Counted from the first letter of the stretch, positions 1 to 16,453 are shown. The stretch: 64,000 nt of DNA from Octopus vulgaris (GCA_951406725.2 OX597840.1:3782001-3846000); one strand, 5' to 3'. The notes: a model not told the origin generated them from the sequence alone. Program-made: numbers and translations.

Positions 1-259
1 TTGGTGGTAGTGGTAGTGATGGTGTTGGTGTTGGTGGTGGTAGTGGTGTTAATGATAGCTGTGGCTGTCTTAATAGTGTCGGTGTTAGTGGTGCTGTTTG
101 CGATAGTTATGTCGACGGCGGCTCTAGTTGTACCGACAGCAGCGGTGGTGACGAGTTGCAATGTGGAGTGGTGCTGTTCACGTCGTGGTGGAGGCGTACA
201 GAGGCCATATTTCATCTTACTTTTTATGGTTTCAATTATTATTGCTTAATTTCACAGTA

Positions 260-346
260 TTTCATTTCATAACACACAATTACAGATTAACACATACACA
301 CATGCACACATGTATATATGCATACATACGTTCTTATACATATATA

Positions 347-401
<55 letters not shown>

Positions 402-767
402 GTATATATACATATATATATATATGTATATATATATATACGTGTATATATATGTACATATATATACATGTATACATATATATATATATAGGTATACATA
501 TATATATGCATATATGATACATATAAGTATATATGTATGTACATATGATATATATGTGCGTATATAATACATGTATATATACATTACATATATATATTTA
601 CATATGTACGTGTGTGCGTGTGTGTTTATGTTTATATATATATATATATACATACATACAACCTCAAGGCTGCAACATACAAAAGAATATACATAAATGT
701 ATATGTAATACCTATACTCATGCGTATGTATATATATATACATATATATGCGTATGTATATACATAT

Positions 768-835
<68 letters not shown>

Positions 836-1109
836 TTATATATATATATTATATATGTATATATGTATATACATATATATATATATATATGCATACATAC
901 AAGCGTATTTTATTTATTGTTTTAGGCGCGATGTCTAAGATAATCTAAAGTACATATGTATTCATGTACGATAATTGTGTTTGTGTATATATATATATTT
1001 ATATTTAAACATGTTTACACATATCTGTGCATCTATGAGTATATACACATATCCACATATACTATATACGTACATTCATATACATATACTTATATATATA
1101 TATATATAT

Positions 1110-1156
<47 letters not shown>

Positions 1157-1225
1157 TACATACATATAGATAGATATATATACATATAGATAGATAGATA
1201 TATATATACATATACACACATATAT

Positions 1226-1279
<54 letters not shown>

Positions 1280-1324
1280 ATGCCGATAGCTATACATATA
1301 TATATATACATACACAGAGAGATA

Positions 1325-1361
<37 letters not shown>

Positions 1362-1415
1362 GCATGTATGTATGTATGTGCGTATGTGTGTATGTATGTA
1401 TGTGTGTGTGTATAT
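260..1415. repeat. Compound (TA)n/(TACA)n/(GATA)n/(TATG)n microsatellite field
   Basis: Simple repeats visible directly; source of the YI/IY ORFs. Confidence 0.95.
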
Positions 1416-1799
1416 GTAAGTTTAAGTCATATTTTCTTCAGAGTGAAAGAAAAAAATAATCACATCAAGACGTGTAAAAGAAATTATTAATCTTCGGCTT
1501 CATAATTAAATGAAGTGAAGATAAAAGAGATGATCCGCGGCCCCCCACCCGCCCGCCCGCCACCTTCCTCCGCTATCTCCACCACCACCACCACTAGTAC
1601 CCACCTTTACCCATGCCACCCGCTCTCTCCCCTCCCACCTTCCCGCTTCGCAACCCAACCCTCCCCCTCCCACATACATACCCCTATCACTCAACTTTCC
1701 AATATTCTCGAAGATTCCCCCACCCCACCCAATATCTACCTACATCATTACCATATCACGTTCCTCCACATCTCTGTACATCTGGAACCCGCAGCCTCC

Positions 1800-2278
1800 A
1801 TTCTCTCTCTCTCTCTCTCTCCCATCGTCTCGCTCTCTCCCATCCTCTCTCTCTCTCTCCCATCCTCTCTCTCTCTCTCAACCTCTCTCTCTCCCATCCT
1901 CTCTCTCTCTCCCATCCTCTCTCTCTCTCCCATCCTCTCTCTCTCCCATCCTCTCGCTCTCTCGCATCCTCTCTCTCTCCCATCCTCTCTCTCTCTCTCT
2001 TCCATCCTCTCTCTCTCTCTCTCTTCCATCCTCTCTTTCTCTCTCTCTTCCATCCTCTCGCTCTCTCCCATCTTCTCTCTCTCTCTCCCATCTTCTCTCT
2101 CTCTCTCCCATCCTCTCTCTCTCTATCTCTCTTCCATCCTCTCGCTCTCTCCCATCTTCTCTCGCTCTCTCCCATCCTCTCTCTCTCTCCCATCCTCTCT
2201 ATCTCTCCCATCCTCTCTCTCTCCCATCCTCTCTCTCTCTCCCATCTCTCTCTCCCATCCTCTCTTCTCTCTCTCTCC

Positions 2279-2318
<40 letters not shown>

Positions 2319-2330
2319 CTTTGTGTCTCT
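1800..2330. repeat. Polypyrimidine higher-order repeat, unit approx. CCCATC(CT)n of 16-24 bp
   Basis: More than 20 recurrences of ccatc separated by (CT)n runs; almost purine-free on the + strand. Confidence 0.9.
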
Positions 2331-3467
2331 CTGTCACCACCTCGTGCTTCTCAACTCAGAGACACCGCAGCCGCCATCATCTTCTAACCATCTCGTGTAT
2401 AAAAATACACCGACATCCTCAACACCACCACCACCAACAACAACAACAGCAACAACAGCAACAACAACAACAACAACAACACCGCCAACAACAACACCAC
2501 TAACACCAACACCAATACGAACAGCACACTGCAACCAACACCAACAACATCGCCAACACCACCACGACCACCACCGGCACCAATACTGCAACCACCACCT
2601 CCATCATCTCCACCGGCAACAACACCACCGCCGGCGCCACCACCACCAACGGCTCCATCACTGCAATCAACATCAATCAACATGGCCGCATCACCGTCAG
2701 CGTCAGCGTCACCAACAGCAGCATCGACAATTTTGCCAACACCACCACGACCACCACCGCCAATACCGACATCATCACCAAAAACCACAATAACAAAACC
2801 AACTCCACCACCAGCAACATCACCACCGCCACCACCACCACCACCACCACTGGCGCCGCCGCCAACATCATTAATATCACCACCAACGCCACCACGATCA
2901 CCACCAAGCACTAGACTGCAACCACCATCACCGCTAACACCACCACCAGTACAACACTACCACCAACACCACCACCAACACCACCACCAACAACAACGCA
3001 AATATCATTAACTCCATCGCCACCACAACAGACACACACACGCATATACACACACATGCACACACACACAAACACATTCTCTCTCGCTTCTCATCAACTC
3101 ACACGTACATACACACAAACGACCCCACACGCAGGCGCACACATACACACAAACAAATATACACACATACATCCGACCGTTTTCACCAGCAATAACTGAG
3201 ACACACTTACACACATACACACATACACACATACACACGTATAATCTGTACCTCATTATCAACATCAAATTCACATACGTATATATATATACACACTCAC
3301 ATACACAAATATACGCATGCACACGCAAATACACTCTCACTAACACACATACCCTTATACCGTGTTATCAAGACCAAACACACACCCTCACGTACACACA
3401 CCCACGCATACATGGAACTCTGCTAGACCTCACTACTATAAACGGGTGGATGCGCTACCAGGTTAAA

Positions 3468-3700
3468 GGGGGCGAGCTGGCAGAATCGTTAGCAAGCCGG
3501 GCGAAATGCTTAGCGGTATTTCGTCTGCCGTTACGTTGTGAGTTCAAATTCCACCGAGGTCGACTTTGCCTTTCGTCCTTTCGGGGTCGACAAATTAAGT
3601 ACCAGTTACGCACTGGGGTCGATAAATCGACTTAATACCTATGTCGGTTCTTGTTTGTCCCCCTCTATGTTTAGCCCCTTGTGGGTTATAAAGAAATAAG
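3468..3700 (+). mobile_element. tRNA-derived SINE family A (Nin/Deu-like central domain), monomer with tail type 1
   Basis: A box tggcagaatcgttag, B box gagttcaaattcc, central gtcgactttgccttt(c)gtcctttcggggtcga resembling the Nin domain; many homologous copies in this window. Confidence 0.88.
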
Positions 3701-4862
3701 TTGGAACCCTCCGTGGCCTGTATTCGTGTGTTTAGTTGGTTGGCTGGAGGGTACACTAGTTGGCTAGGAGGTGGGGCTTGTCTGCCTTTCCTGGGGGTCG
3801 GCTCTGCACCTTCTTTATGTTTAACTTAATCGCTTCGGTCATGTGCTTATGGAAATTCCGCCTCGCAATGGTAAAAGAGAAACAATAAGTTTTAAAACAT
3901 GCGGCTGCCAAGTGACGTATGAACTGGTGGCTTGCGGGCTAGGGACGGGGCCCGCATGTCAGGCTGAGTGTGTGTCCCCCTCCATGTTCGGCTGCTTCTC
4001 TACCTTCCCCTGCGGTGGACAACAGGCCATCTCCATCGCATGGTACAATTAGTGGCCCTTAGAATAGTGACGTAACGGATGTCGCATATTGCGCCCGAAT
4101 TATTCTCGGATTTGACAGAGCCTATCTAGTGTAATATATCCTATCCACACGCAGGTAGTGAAGGGCTTTTAACTCCCGCCGTATCTAGTATAAGACACCT
4201 CCTCCATGACGTCCGCTCCCTTTTTTTATTAGTGGATCGAGAATAGGTTTATTAGGGACCTCCTCCATGACGTCTTTTTCTTTTTTTTTTTTGACCGGGA
4301 GTAGATAGTGAGGGTATCAAGCCTCACTCCGGCTGGGATTGAACTTTCGTTGCCAATTCCCAGCGTATTATGCGTAGTGAAGTAGCTACAGTGGGATTGT
4401 TAGAGATAGGATATTCAGATGGGTTAAATTTTCGACCTAGATCGTGTCCTATTATAAAAGAAAATATGAAAAGAAAAACGGTTATGACTTCAAGTGATAC
4501 CGTTTCCCTTGGAATATTATATCGAGCTTTTATTATTCCAGTTGTTTTTTTAATATTGTATGGGACAGTGGGGTCGCCCTGGCTTTTGAGGGGAGCATAC
4601 AAACATACCATCTCGCACGACACACACACGCGCACACATATACACACACAACCATCCACACACACAGTTATACGAAGATACATGCATACATAGCAATGCA
4701 CATGCACACACACATACATACAGACTACACGCACACGACCATACATACACACAAACGCACGCACAAATGTACACACACAGACACACACGATACACACACA
4801 TGTACACAAGAAACCAGTCATACATACAACTATACGTGTTACATACATCTATAGCAATATAG

Positions 4863-5241
4863 CACTCCGTCGGTTACGACGACGAGGGTTCCGGTTGATC
4901 CGAATCAACGGAACAGCCTGCTCGTGAAATTAACGTGTAAGTGGCTGAGCACTCCACAGACTCGTGTACCCTTAACGTAGTTCCCGGGGATATTCAGCGT
5001 GACAAAGAGAGTGACAAGGCCGGCCCTTTGAAATAAAGGTACAACAGAAACAGGAAGTAAGAGTGAGAGAAAGTTGTGGTGAAAGAGTACAGCAGGGATC
5101 ACCACCATCCCCTGCCGGAGCCTCGTGGAGCTTTAGGTGTTTTCGCTCAATAAACACTCACAACGCCCGGTCTGGGAATCGAAACCGCGATCCTATGACC
5201 GCGAGTCCGCTGCCCTAACCACTGGGCCATTGCGCCTCCAC
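4863..5241 (-). mobile_element. tRNA(Arg)-like SINE family D (probably related to octopus OR/OK SINEs), full length, tail variant 1
   Basis: Minus-strand head ggaggcgcaatggcccagtggttagggcagcggactcgcgg...ggtttcgattccc; perfect 22-bp TSD acatacatctatagcaatatag at 4841-4862 and 5242-5263. Confidence 0.92.
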
Positions 5242-5272
5242 ACATACATCTATAGCAATATAGATACGGACA

Positions 5273-5612
5273 TACGAGGAGATACCCAAAAGTAACTGGA
5301 AACGTTCTCTGTGTGACACGTCTTTTGTAGTTCATACTTCTGCCGCTAGAAGCCACTTGGTAGGACCATAGGGCATCAGTCTACTGACCGGCGTCATCGT
5401 CTGGGGTCGTACTACCACGTGGTGCATCTTTGTTTTGCAGTGCTTCTCCCCTGTTCATCGAGTTTTGCGATGGCTGAAACGCAGGAACAGCGTGGCTTCT
5501 GTGAAATTCTGTTTTCTGCTGGGGAAAATGGCGGCCGAAACAGTTGCCATGCTTCAAACAGCTTACAAGGACGCTGCAATGAGCAAAAACACAAGTTTAC
5601 GACGGGTTTTCA
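5273..5612 (+). mobile_element. Mariner transposon 5' fragment (TIR plus frameshifted N-terminal HTH of the transposase)
   Basis: Starts TA-cgaggagatacccaaaagt (mariner-type TIR); ATG at 5470 gives MAETQEQR, then a frameshift to ASVKFCFLLGKMAAETVAMLQTAYKDAAMSK, matching the mariner EQRxxIKFCFxLGKxAxET motif. Confidence 0.85.
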
Positions 5613-5631
5613 TGCTTTAGGAATGGTCACA

Positions 5632-5785
5632 TGTTGCTTCCCAACCACATAGTTCTATGTTCAGTCCCGCTGCTTGGTACTTTGGGCAAGTATCTTCTAC
5701 TATAGCCTTACAAGACACTTGTTGTCTGGGCCCCTGACGTGGAATTGAACCAGAGATGACGATTTTGCTAAGCGAGTTTCTTAAT
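5632..5785. mobile_element. Two degenerate family B SINE heads fused tail-to-tail (+ then -)
   Basis: ttgcttcccaaccacatagttc...ttgggcaagtatcttctactatagcc followed by reverse-oriented aagacacttg...ggaattgaacc. Confidence 0.6.
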
Positions 5786-5959
5786 TAATCAACACACCCT
5801 TAGTTTGAATTCAGAAACAGAATCGAGGATGTGGAGCAAGAATGATAAATGGTATTTAGCTTGGTTCTCAAATCCTACACAGGTTAAGATTGCATTTTAT
5901 CTTTCCCCAAGTCGATTCAAAATAAGTACCGGTCTAGTGGTGGCGGGGTAGACGTGATG

Positions 5960-6020
5960 CTGTTGGTGGTGATGGTGGTGAGTCTAATGATAAGGAGTAA
6001 GATGGTGACGATAAGGATGA

Positions 6021-6054
<34 letters not shown>

Positions 6055-6301
6055 GGTGGTGGTGTTCTGAGGCTGCATCTGCTGCTGTTGGTGATGGTGG
6101 TTGTAGAGCTGTGACGCTGCTGGTTGTGTCGATGGTGATGTTGCTGATGATGATGATGATGGTGTTGATAAAGGTGGCGGGGGTCTGCAATGGTGATGGT
6201 TGTGGTAGTTATGGTGGTGGCGATGTTGCTGCAGCGGCTGATGATGATGATATCGATGATGATGGCGTTGATGATGATAACGATGATGATGATTATTATG
6301 A

Positions 6302-6345
<44 letters not shown>

Positions 6346-6745
6346 ATAGTAGTAGTAGTAGTAGTAGTGATAGTGGTGGTGGTGGTGGTGGTGGTGGTGG
6401 TGGTAGTGGGTGGTGGTGCAAGTATCTAGAAACAAAAAAATGAAGGAAGATAGATGTGTATAAGAAGGGTGATACAATAATAAAAGAGAAAAAGGGAGAG
6501 AGGAGAGAAAGGGGAGAAAGGAGAGGGAAGGAAGAGGAGCAAGAGGAGGAAAGGAAATGGTGGACTATATGTCAGCCAGAGGAACCTAATCGATAATTAA
6601 TCAAACGACACGGAGAGCTGAGGTCAAAACCTTGCAGACACACAATACTGATTTTATAGCGATTTTACAGAGACGAAGGGGTGGGGGAGTTATTGGGGTT
6701 TTATTGTTATTATTATTGTTGCTGTTATTATTATTATTATTATTA

Positions 6746-6776
<31 letters not shown>

Positions 6777-7173
6777 CATTATTATTAATATTATTATTAT
6801 TCTGATGATGATGATTATTATTATTATTATTAGTATTAGTAGTAGTATCATTAGTATCATTATTATTAGTAGTAGTAGTAGTAGTAGTATTATTATTATT
6901 AATATCATTATTATTATTATTATTATTAATATCATTATTATTATTATTATTATTAATATCATTATTATTATTATTATTATTATTAATATCATTATTATTA
7001 TTATGAATATTATTATTATTATTAGTAGTAGTAGTAGTATACAATTGTATTTCAAGATAAATAATAATAATGATACTACTACTACTATTACTACTAATAA
7101 TAATAGTAATAATAATAATAATAATGATGATGATGACGATGATGATGATGATGATGATGATGATGACGACAAC

Positions 7174-7247
<74 letters not shown>

Positions 7248-7349
7248 CGATGATGATGATGAAAATGTGAATGATAATTTCATTTTGTTTGCCTCAGGGA
7301 CAGAGACATCAATAGTAGGAACATTACAAGGACAGCAAATGTGAGAAGC

Positions 7350-7388
<39 letters not shown>

Positions 7389-7471
7389 CAACAACAACCA
7401 TAATAATAATAATAACAATAATGATAATAATGATGATAATGATGATAATGATAATAATAATGATGATGATT

Positions 7472-7502
<31 letters not shown>

Positions 7503-7505
7503 CAA

Positions 7506-7538
<33 letters not shown>

Positions 7539-7616
7539 CAATAATAATAATAATAATAATAATAGCAATAATATTAATAATAATAAATAATAATAATAAT
7601 AATGATAATAATAATG

Positions 7617-7674
<58 letters not shown>

Positions 7675-7745
7675 TAATAATAATAATAATAATAACAATA
7701 ATATTAATAATAATAATATTAATAATAATAATGATGATGATGATG
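5960..7745. repeat. Trinucleotide microsatellite field (GAT, GGT, TAG, TTA/AAT)
   Basis: Direct observation; interrupted by short unique islands at about 6560-6690 and 7260-7350. Confidence 0.95.
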
Positions 7746-7746
7746 T

Positions 7747-7770
7747 TGGTTTCAAGACCAGTAATTTTGT

Positions 7771-7819
<49 letters not shown>

Positions 7820-7959
7820 CTGGTAGAGAGTTATTTGATTCCATTGACCCTGAAAGTATAAACGGCAAATTTGACCTCGGCGGAATTTGTACTCCAAACG
7901 TAAAGTGTTGGCAGGGATGTGTCTATTCATTTTGCAGGACGCCATCACGATTCTACCAG
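7747..7959 (-). mobile_element. Degenerate family A SINE interrupted by (TA)n
   Basis: gaccctgaaagtataaacggcaaatttgacctcggcggaatttgtactc is the reverse complement of the Nin-like domain plus B box. Confidence 0.7.
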
Positions 7960-8176
7960 AAATAATAATTTAACTAGGCAAAATAATCATTAGGATAACT
8001 TAACTATGTTTAGTTAGTATTCTTGGGACTTTTGTGTGAGCAAGCATGGAGGTGTTAGTTTGAATAGAAGAAAAGAGGCGGCAAAAATGAGTTATGGAAC
8101 GAAAAATGGGACTGAATGAAAAGAGAAGTAAAAATCTTAATATAGACGGGAAATAAGGGAAAATATATTATATTAG

Positions 8177-8232
<56 letters not shown>

Positions 8233-8999
8233 CATCATCATCATTATTATTATTACGTAATTTCAACAAAAAAGCATGTCTATGTAGCTAAGAAGTTAGC
8301 TTTGCAACCTTGTGGTTTCCATGGCTCATTTGATGAAGAAAATACTGTCCCATACTTCGGTCAGGCCTCCTTGAAATCTTTCTTAGGTGGTACGAAAAAC
8401 CTCCCCACTCTTCGTTTGTCAGCAAAGATATGTGGTCTTTCTTCCTGCTTACACTTGAACGAATAATTAGGGCAAGGAGGAAAGTGCCTTTGTTACGCAC
8501 GACTGCCACAACTGTTTCTCCGACTGAGCATAAGTCTATACATGAACTATTTTATAAAAAGCGACATATCAAAGCTGTCTTGTTGGTGTTGCAGTGAAAT
8601 GCGTCGTCAAAACCGCTCTTATTCGTATTAAACCCACACATATATGATTATTTTCTTGTTTCAAAATGTTACTGTTTAGTTTTACTATATTTTGACCGGC
8701 TTGCCTTTTTTCTTGCTTTGTGTGTCTGTTTTCCGTGCCACTGTCAAAGCTGATGCTTGCGAGAGCGTCTCTTGTCGACATTTTTTTTTCTTTTTTTGAT
8801 GAATGGCAGCTAACAAAAACTTATTCGCAATTTTGGCAAAAAAAAAAACATGAAGTTAACCAAAGAACGAACTCACCTTTGAATCAATTCAAACGAATTG
8901 ACAAAGAAAAAAAAAGTCATTCAATTTTTCAAAACAAAAATCGTGAAAATAATCAAGAAATGAGAGCGTTGTGAAGCACGTCTTGTCACAGTAAAATCC

Positions 9000-12360
<3,361 letters not shown>

Positions 12361-12526
12361 AAAGAGAGAGAGAAGAACTAACTTCAATCAATATATGTCG
12401 CGTCTAGTATGAGCAATTTTTTTTTATTTCTGACATAATTGTCTTTGTGTTCAAGTGTGAGTGTGTGATTGTATGCATGAGTATGTGTATGTATGTGTAT
12501 GTATGTGTGTGTCCTCTGTGTCCGTC

Positions 12527-12583
<57 letters not shown>

Positions 12584-12814
12584 TCCATATGTTTATGTGC
12601 CTATGTATGTCTATGTCTGTTTTCGTGTGTGTACAGTTTTTAGATGAGTATTTGGGAACTTTTCATCTGTATGCATTTGTCTGTTAAATCCTACATCTAT
12701 GAAATGTATGTATACGTGTGTGCATTTAAGATTCGCGTACTGCTTCCTACGAGTGAAAACCCTGGTTTCGTTTGAGCTTATATTCACACATACATATATG
12801 TATGCATATATATA

Positions 12815-12856
<42 letters not shown>

Positions 12857-12864
12857 TAGACATT

Positions 12865-12958
<94 letters not shown>

Positions 12959-12960
12959 TT

Positions 12961-13217
12961 TGAAGGCGTATGGCTTAGTGATTAGAGCGTTGAGTTTACG
13001 ATCGTGAGGTTGTGAGTTCGAATCCCGAACCGGACTGCGTGTTGTGTGCTTGAGTTCTTGAGCAAGACACTAGATTTCACGTTGCTCCAGTTCACTCAGC
13101 TGTAGAAATGAGTTGCGACGTCACTGGTGCCAAGCTGTATCGGCCTTTGCCTTTCCCTTCGATAACACTGGTGGCGTGGAGAGGGGAGGCCAGTATGCAT
13201 GGGCGACTACTGGTCTT
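12961..13217 (+). mobile_element. tRNA-derived SINE family C (Meta/V-like central domain), 3'-truncated
   Basis: A box tggcttagtgattag, B box gagttcgaatcc, central cttgagcaagacact..tttcacgttgctccagttcactcagctgtagaaatgag; homologous to the full copy at 59718-60052. Confidence 0.88.
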
Positions 13218-13312
13218 GCTCAAGAATACAACACGCAGCCCGGTCCGGGATTCGAGTTCACAACCTCACGATCGTAAGCTCGACACTCTAACCACTGAGT
13301 CATGCGCCTTCA
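13214..13312 (-). mobile_element. Inverted head of a second family C SINE
   Basis: Reverse complement reads tgaaggcgcatgactcagtggttagagtgtcgagcttacgatcgtgaggttgtgaactcgaatcccgg. Confidence 0.88.
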
Positions 13313-13903
13313 CACTAATTGTGGTCCTTAAAATATGGGTGTATCATTTATATTCAATACGTTCGTGTACGCTGAAACCTAGAAAGTCTTTCGCTGCATA
13401 AACTACCTCTGGTGAGAAATTGTCTCTATAGTCAGTCTATATTAAAAACAAATCACACTGTTATGAATGACGTCATTGGCCCGTCGGAGTTGTTTGCACT
13501 TCATCAGCTGCAGATACCAAATCCACCGTTTGCAGCCTATTTACTAACAACTGAATCTCTTATACTTATGCAACAAATAATATATTTGCTGATGTGTGAA
13601 AAGCTTTATCAAGCTGATAATATATAGGGGGTACGATTAAATTTAATACGTTCGTGTACACTTAAAGATCCTCGCTGCGCAAACTCTTTCGGAAGTCATG
13701 AATTCTCTAAGGTTGATTAGAACAACATTGTTCATCCAAAGCCGAGTCCGCTTCAGTCGTTAGTCGGAGCCACGCTTTCCACGTTTAACAGCATATATTC
13801 ATCTGAAATAGATAAAATTTAGAAACTCTGAGTACGCCCATGTTTCTTTAAAATAGAGCAAATATATGAAGCCGATAATTTCACAAACCATACACATGAT
13901 TCT

Positions 13904-15145
13904 AACAATACCACCGATGCCTATAGGAAAACCAATTCAATTTGTTACCATGCTGTTAATTTAGAATCGAAAGAGATAGTTACTAACATAAAAATAGACG
14001 AGAGATTAGAGATTTTAGCGTTTCGTGAACTATATATTACTTTTAATGACCATAACGAGATGGTCTTTAAAAGACCATATCTTTATGATCTTTTTATGGT
14101 TTTCCGAATGCAGATTAATAAATCCGGGAAAATTGAAGACTAGTACGGCCAGTTATTTAAGTGGTTCAGTTATATTGATGATAAGTTCCATTGCAAATTT
14201 ATGTAATTCAATAAAGTAGAAATTTATCAAGAGAGTTTGGTCTTTACCGGGAAGATGGCTTCTTTATTTTATGAAATATGAACAGCCGATGCGTGCCATT
14301 TGGAAGAAGTTCAGCATCTGCAGAGTGCTCGTTTTAAACGATACAGTTGATACGAATCTAAACATTGTTGATTTTTTTTTATCTTAGATATATCTCAAGT
14401 ATTTACAATTTTCTGAAAACTTAGTAAATTTCAACCAGACTATAATGTTTTAACTATGCTGCACATTATGACAATGTCGCATTTAAAACAACAGTGGCTT
14501 CAAGCATAAGATTCATTGCATACTCAACAAAACAAATATTTCTAAACCCCAAAATAGGAAACGAAAAATCATATGATATAATCATTCCTTTAGTTTAAAT
14601 GTTTGTTCCTCTGTCACTATAATTCTCCTAAACCTTATGAATAAATATTACCCGTAGACCGCATTTGTTTATTATGAATAAATATTACCCGTAGACCGCA
14701 TTTGTTATAAGAACTGAATGAGCGTTTGCATAGAAAGCTTTACTGCTTCGATAATCAGTAGAAAATGATATTTCCTGTACGAAGACTCAAAACTTTTATC
14801 GCCCAAGTAATTACTAAACCCTAACATTTGCCTTTTCAAAGGCATGCATCTTTATAAAGCGTAGTTTATATATCTAAGAGTACCTTCGTTGTTAGCAGTA
14901 GATCAAAATATGTATAGGACTTACAACACATCCTTTTAAAATCAGGTTACCACACCATATGTATACATTCAAGCACTCAGAAATACACCTATTTGCTTCC
15001 ACTTTCCAAATACCCACGGAGTTTACATGATAATAGTATTAACAATTATATAATTGATCGTTTTATTATAGAACACTGCGTACCTTTAAATTAATAGTTC
15101 TAAAAAATATGACATCTATCGCTCAGAGGAATATAGCATTCTATT
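13904..15145 (+). pseudogene. Decayed Penelope-like element ORF: reverse transcriptase + GIY-YIG endonuclease (Naiad-like)
   Basis: Manual translation across stops and frameshifts gives collinear PLE motifs: VNLESKEIVTNIKIDERLEILAFRE.YITFNDH, CRLINPGK, KWFSYIDDK..CKFM*F, GLYREDG (14239; canonical GLYRDDG), TVDTNLNIVDF, NSGFKHKI, NRKRKII*YNHSFSLNV (14553), IGLTTHPFKIR (14914), LSKY..LHDN. Internal deletions are present. Confidence 0.85.
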
Positions 15146-15650
15146 ACAGCTTTCGTTTCATTTTTACACAAAATGTCAGTATTGATCTATTGTTGCATAT
15201 TCATTTTTTGCTATTTATTGAAGAATTTTCAACAACCAACTGGCTAAAACTCTCGCTTTTATTGTATTGATTTCCAATACTCTGAAAAGATGGTCAAAAA
15301 AGCCGTTCATATATTTATTAACAATAAACACTTCACATGCCCCAGTGTTTTGCATATATAGCAGTAAAGTTATAAAAAGTCACGTGTCTCGGCGAATCAG
15401 TTGATGTAAATATCAAGCGTTCAATGAGTTACAATTGAAAAGATGTGATGGCATGATGCATTTTTTTGTTTTATCGGCAAACATAATAATACATCATAAT
15501 TCGATGTATTGTTGACTGTTCATATTTTGATGTGTTTCTGTTTCAGGAATGTCGTGTTCATACGCATTGTTACGTTGCTTTCTCATGACAGTCGTTTGAG
15601 CAATTTGAAGCATTAAATTTATGGCATCACCTCAAAAGGTTTCGAATACA
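15146..15650 (+). mobile_element. Probable 3' pseudo-LTR of the Penelope-like element, with a degenerate hammerhead
   Basis: Follows the ORF and ends at a TA/TG microsatellite; ttt-ctcatga-(imperfect stem)-gaagcatt-aaa at 15579-15617 resembles a decayed CUGAUGA...GAAACGUU core. Confidence 0.45.
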
Positions 15651-16001
15651 ATTATATGTGTGTGTGTATGTGTGTGTATGTATGTATATGTATGTATATG
15701 TATATGTATGTATGCATGTATGTATACATGTATATATACATATGTGTGTATATATATATAAATATATATATATATACAGAGAGAAAGTGATAGTTACATA
15801 CATGCATATATATATATATATATATATACATGTATACTTTTACATACACACACATACACACACACAAACACACACTCACACACTTCTTATGAGACACCAA
15901 TAAGGTTCGAAAATTGACTAAGGTTCTTTATCATTTTAAGGGTGTCACCGAAGCGTGACTGCAGTTTTAAAGCTAAAACTGTTTAAAGAATATATATAAA
16001 A

Positions 16002-16047
<46 letters not shown>

Positions 16048-16050
<3 letters not shown>

Positions 16051-16453
16051 GGAGTGGCTGTGTGGTAAGTAGCTTGCTTACCAACCACATGGTTCCGGGT
16101 TCAGTCCCACTGCGTGGCACCTTAGGAAAGTGTCTTCTGCTATAGCCTCGGGCCAACCAATGCCTTGTGAGTGGATTTGGTAGACGGAAACTGAAAGAAG
16201 CCTGTCGTATATATATATATGTATATATGTGTGTGCTTGTGTGTCTGTGTTTGTCCCCCTAGCATTGCTTGACAACCGATGCTGGTGTGTTTACGTCCCC
16301 GTCATTTAGCGGTTCGGCAAAAAGAGACCGATAGAATAAGTACTGGGCTTACAAAGAATAAGTCCCGGGGTCGATTTGCTCGACTAAAGGCGGTGCTCCA
16401 GCATGGCCGCAGTCAAATGACTGAAACAAGTAAAAGAGAAAGAGAAAAGAGAG
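16048..16453 (+). mobile_element. tRNA-derived SINE family B (CORE-like ccttgggcaagt segment, internal (TA)n(TG)n), full length
   Basis: A box tggctgtgtggtaag, B-box-like ggttcagtccc, conserved 3' body ending gactgaaacaagtaaaaga; about 14 copies in the window. Confidence 0.9.

Noticed and set aside
5160-5241. tRNA-like sequences here and at about 12961, 13230, 36260, 49640 and 59980
   Set aside because: SINE heads: continuous with repeated bodies, no proper acceptor stem, and TSD-flanked in one case.
14635-14706. Tandemly duplicated tacccgtagaccgcatttgt resembling miR-10/miR-100
   Set aside because: It lies in frame within the PLE ORF (LNLMNKYYP), differs from the conserved mature miRNAs, and forms only a weak hairpin; it is a 37-bp local duplication.
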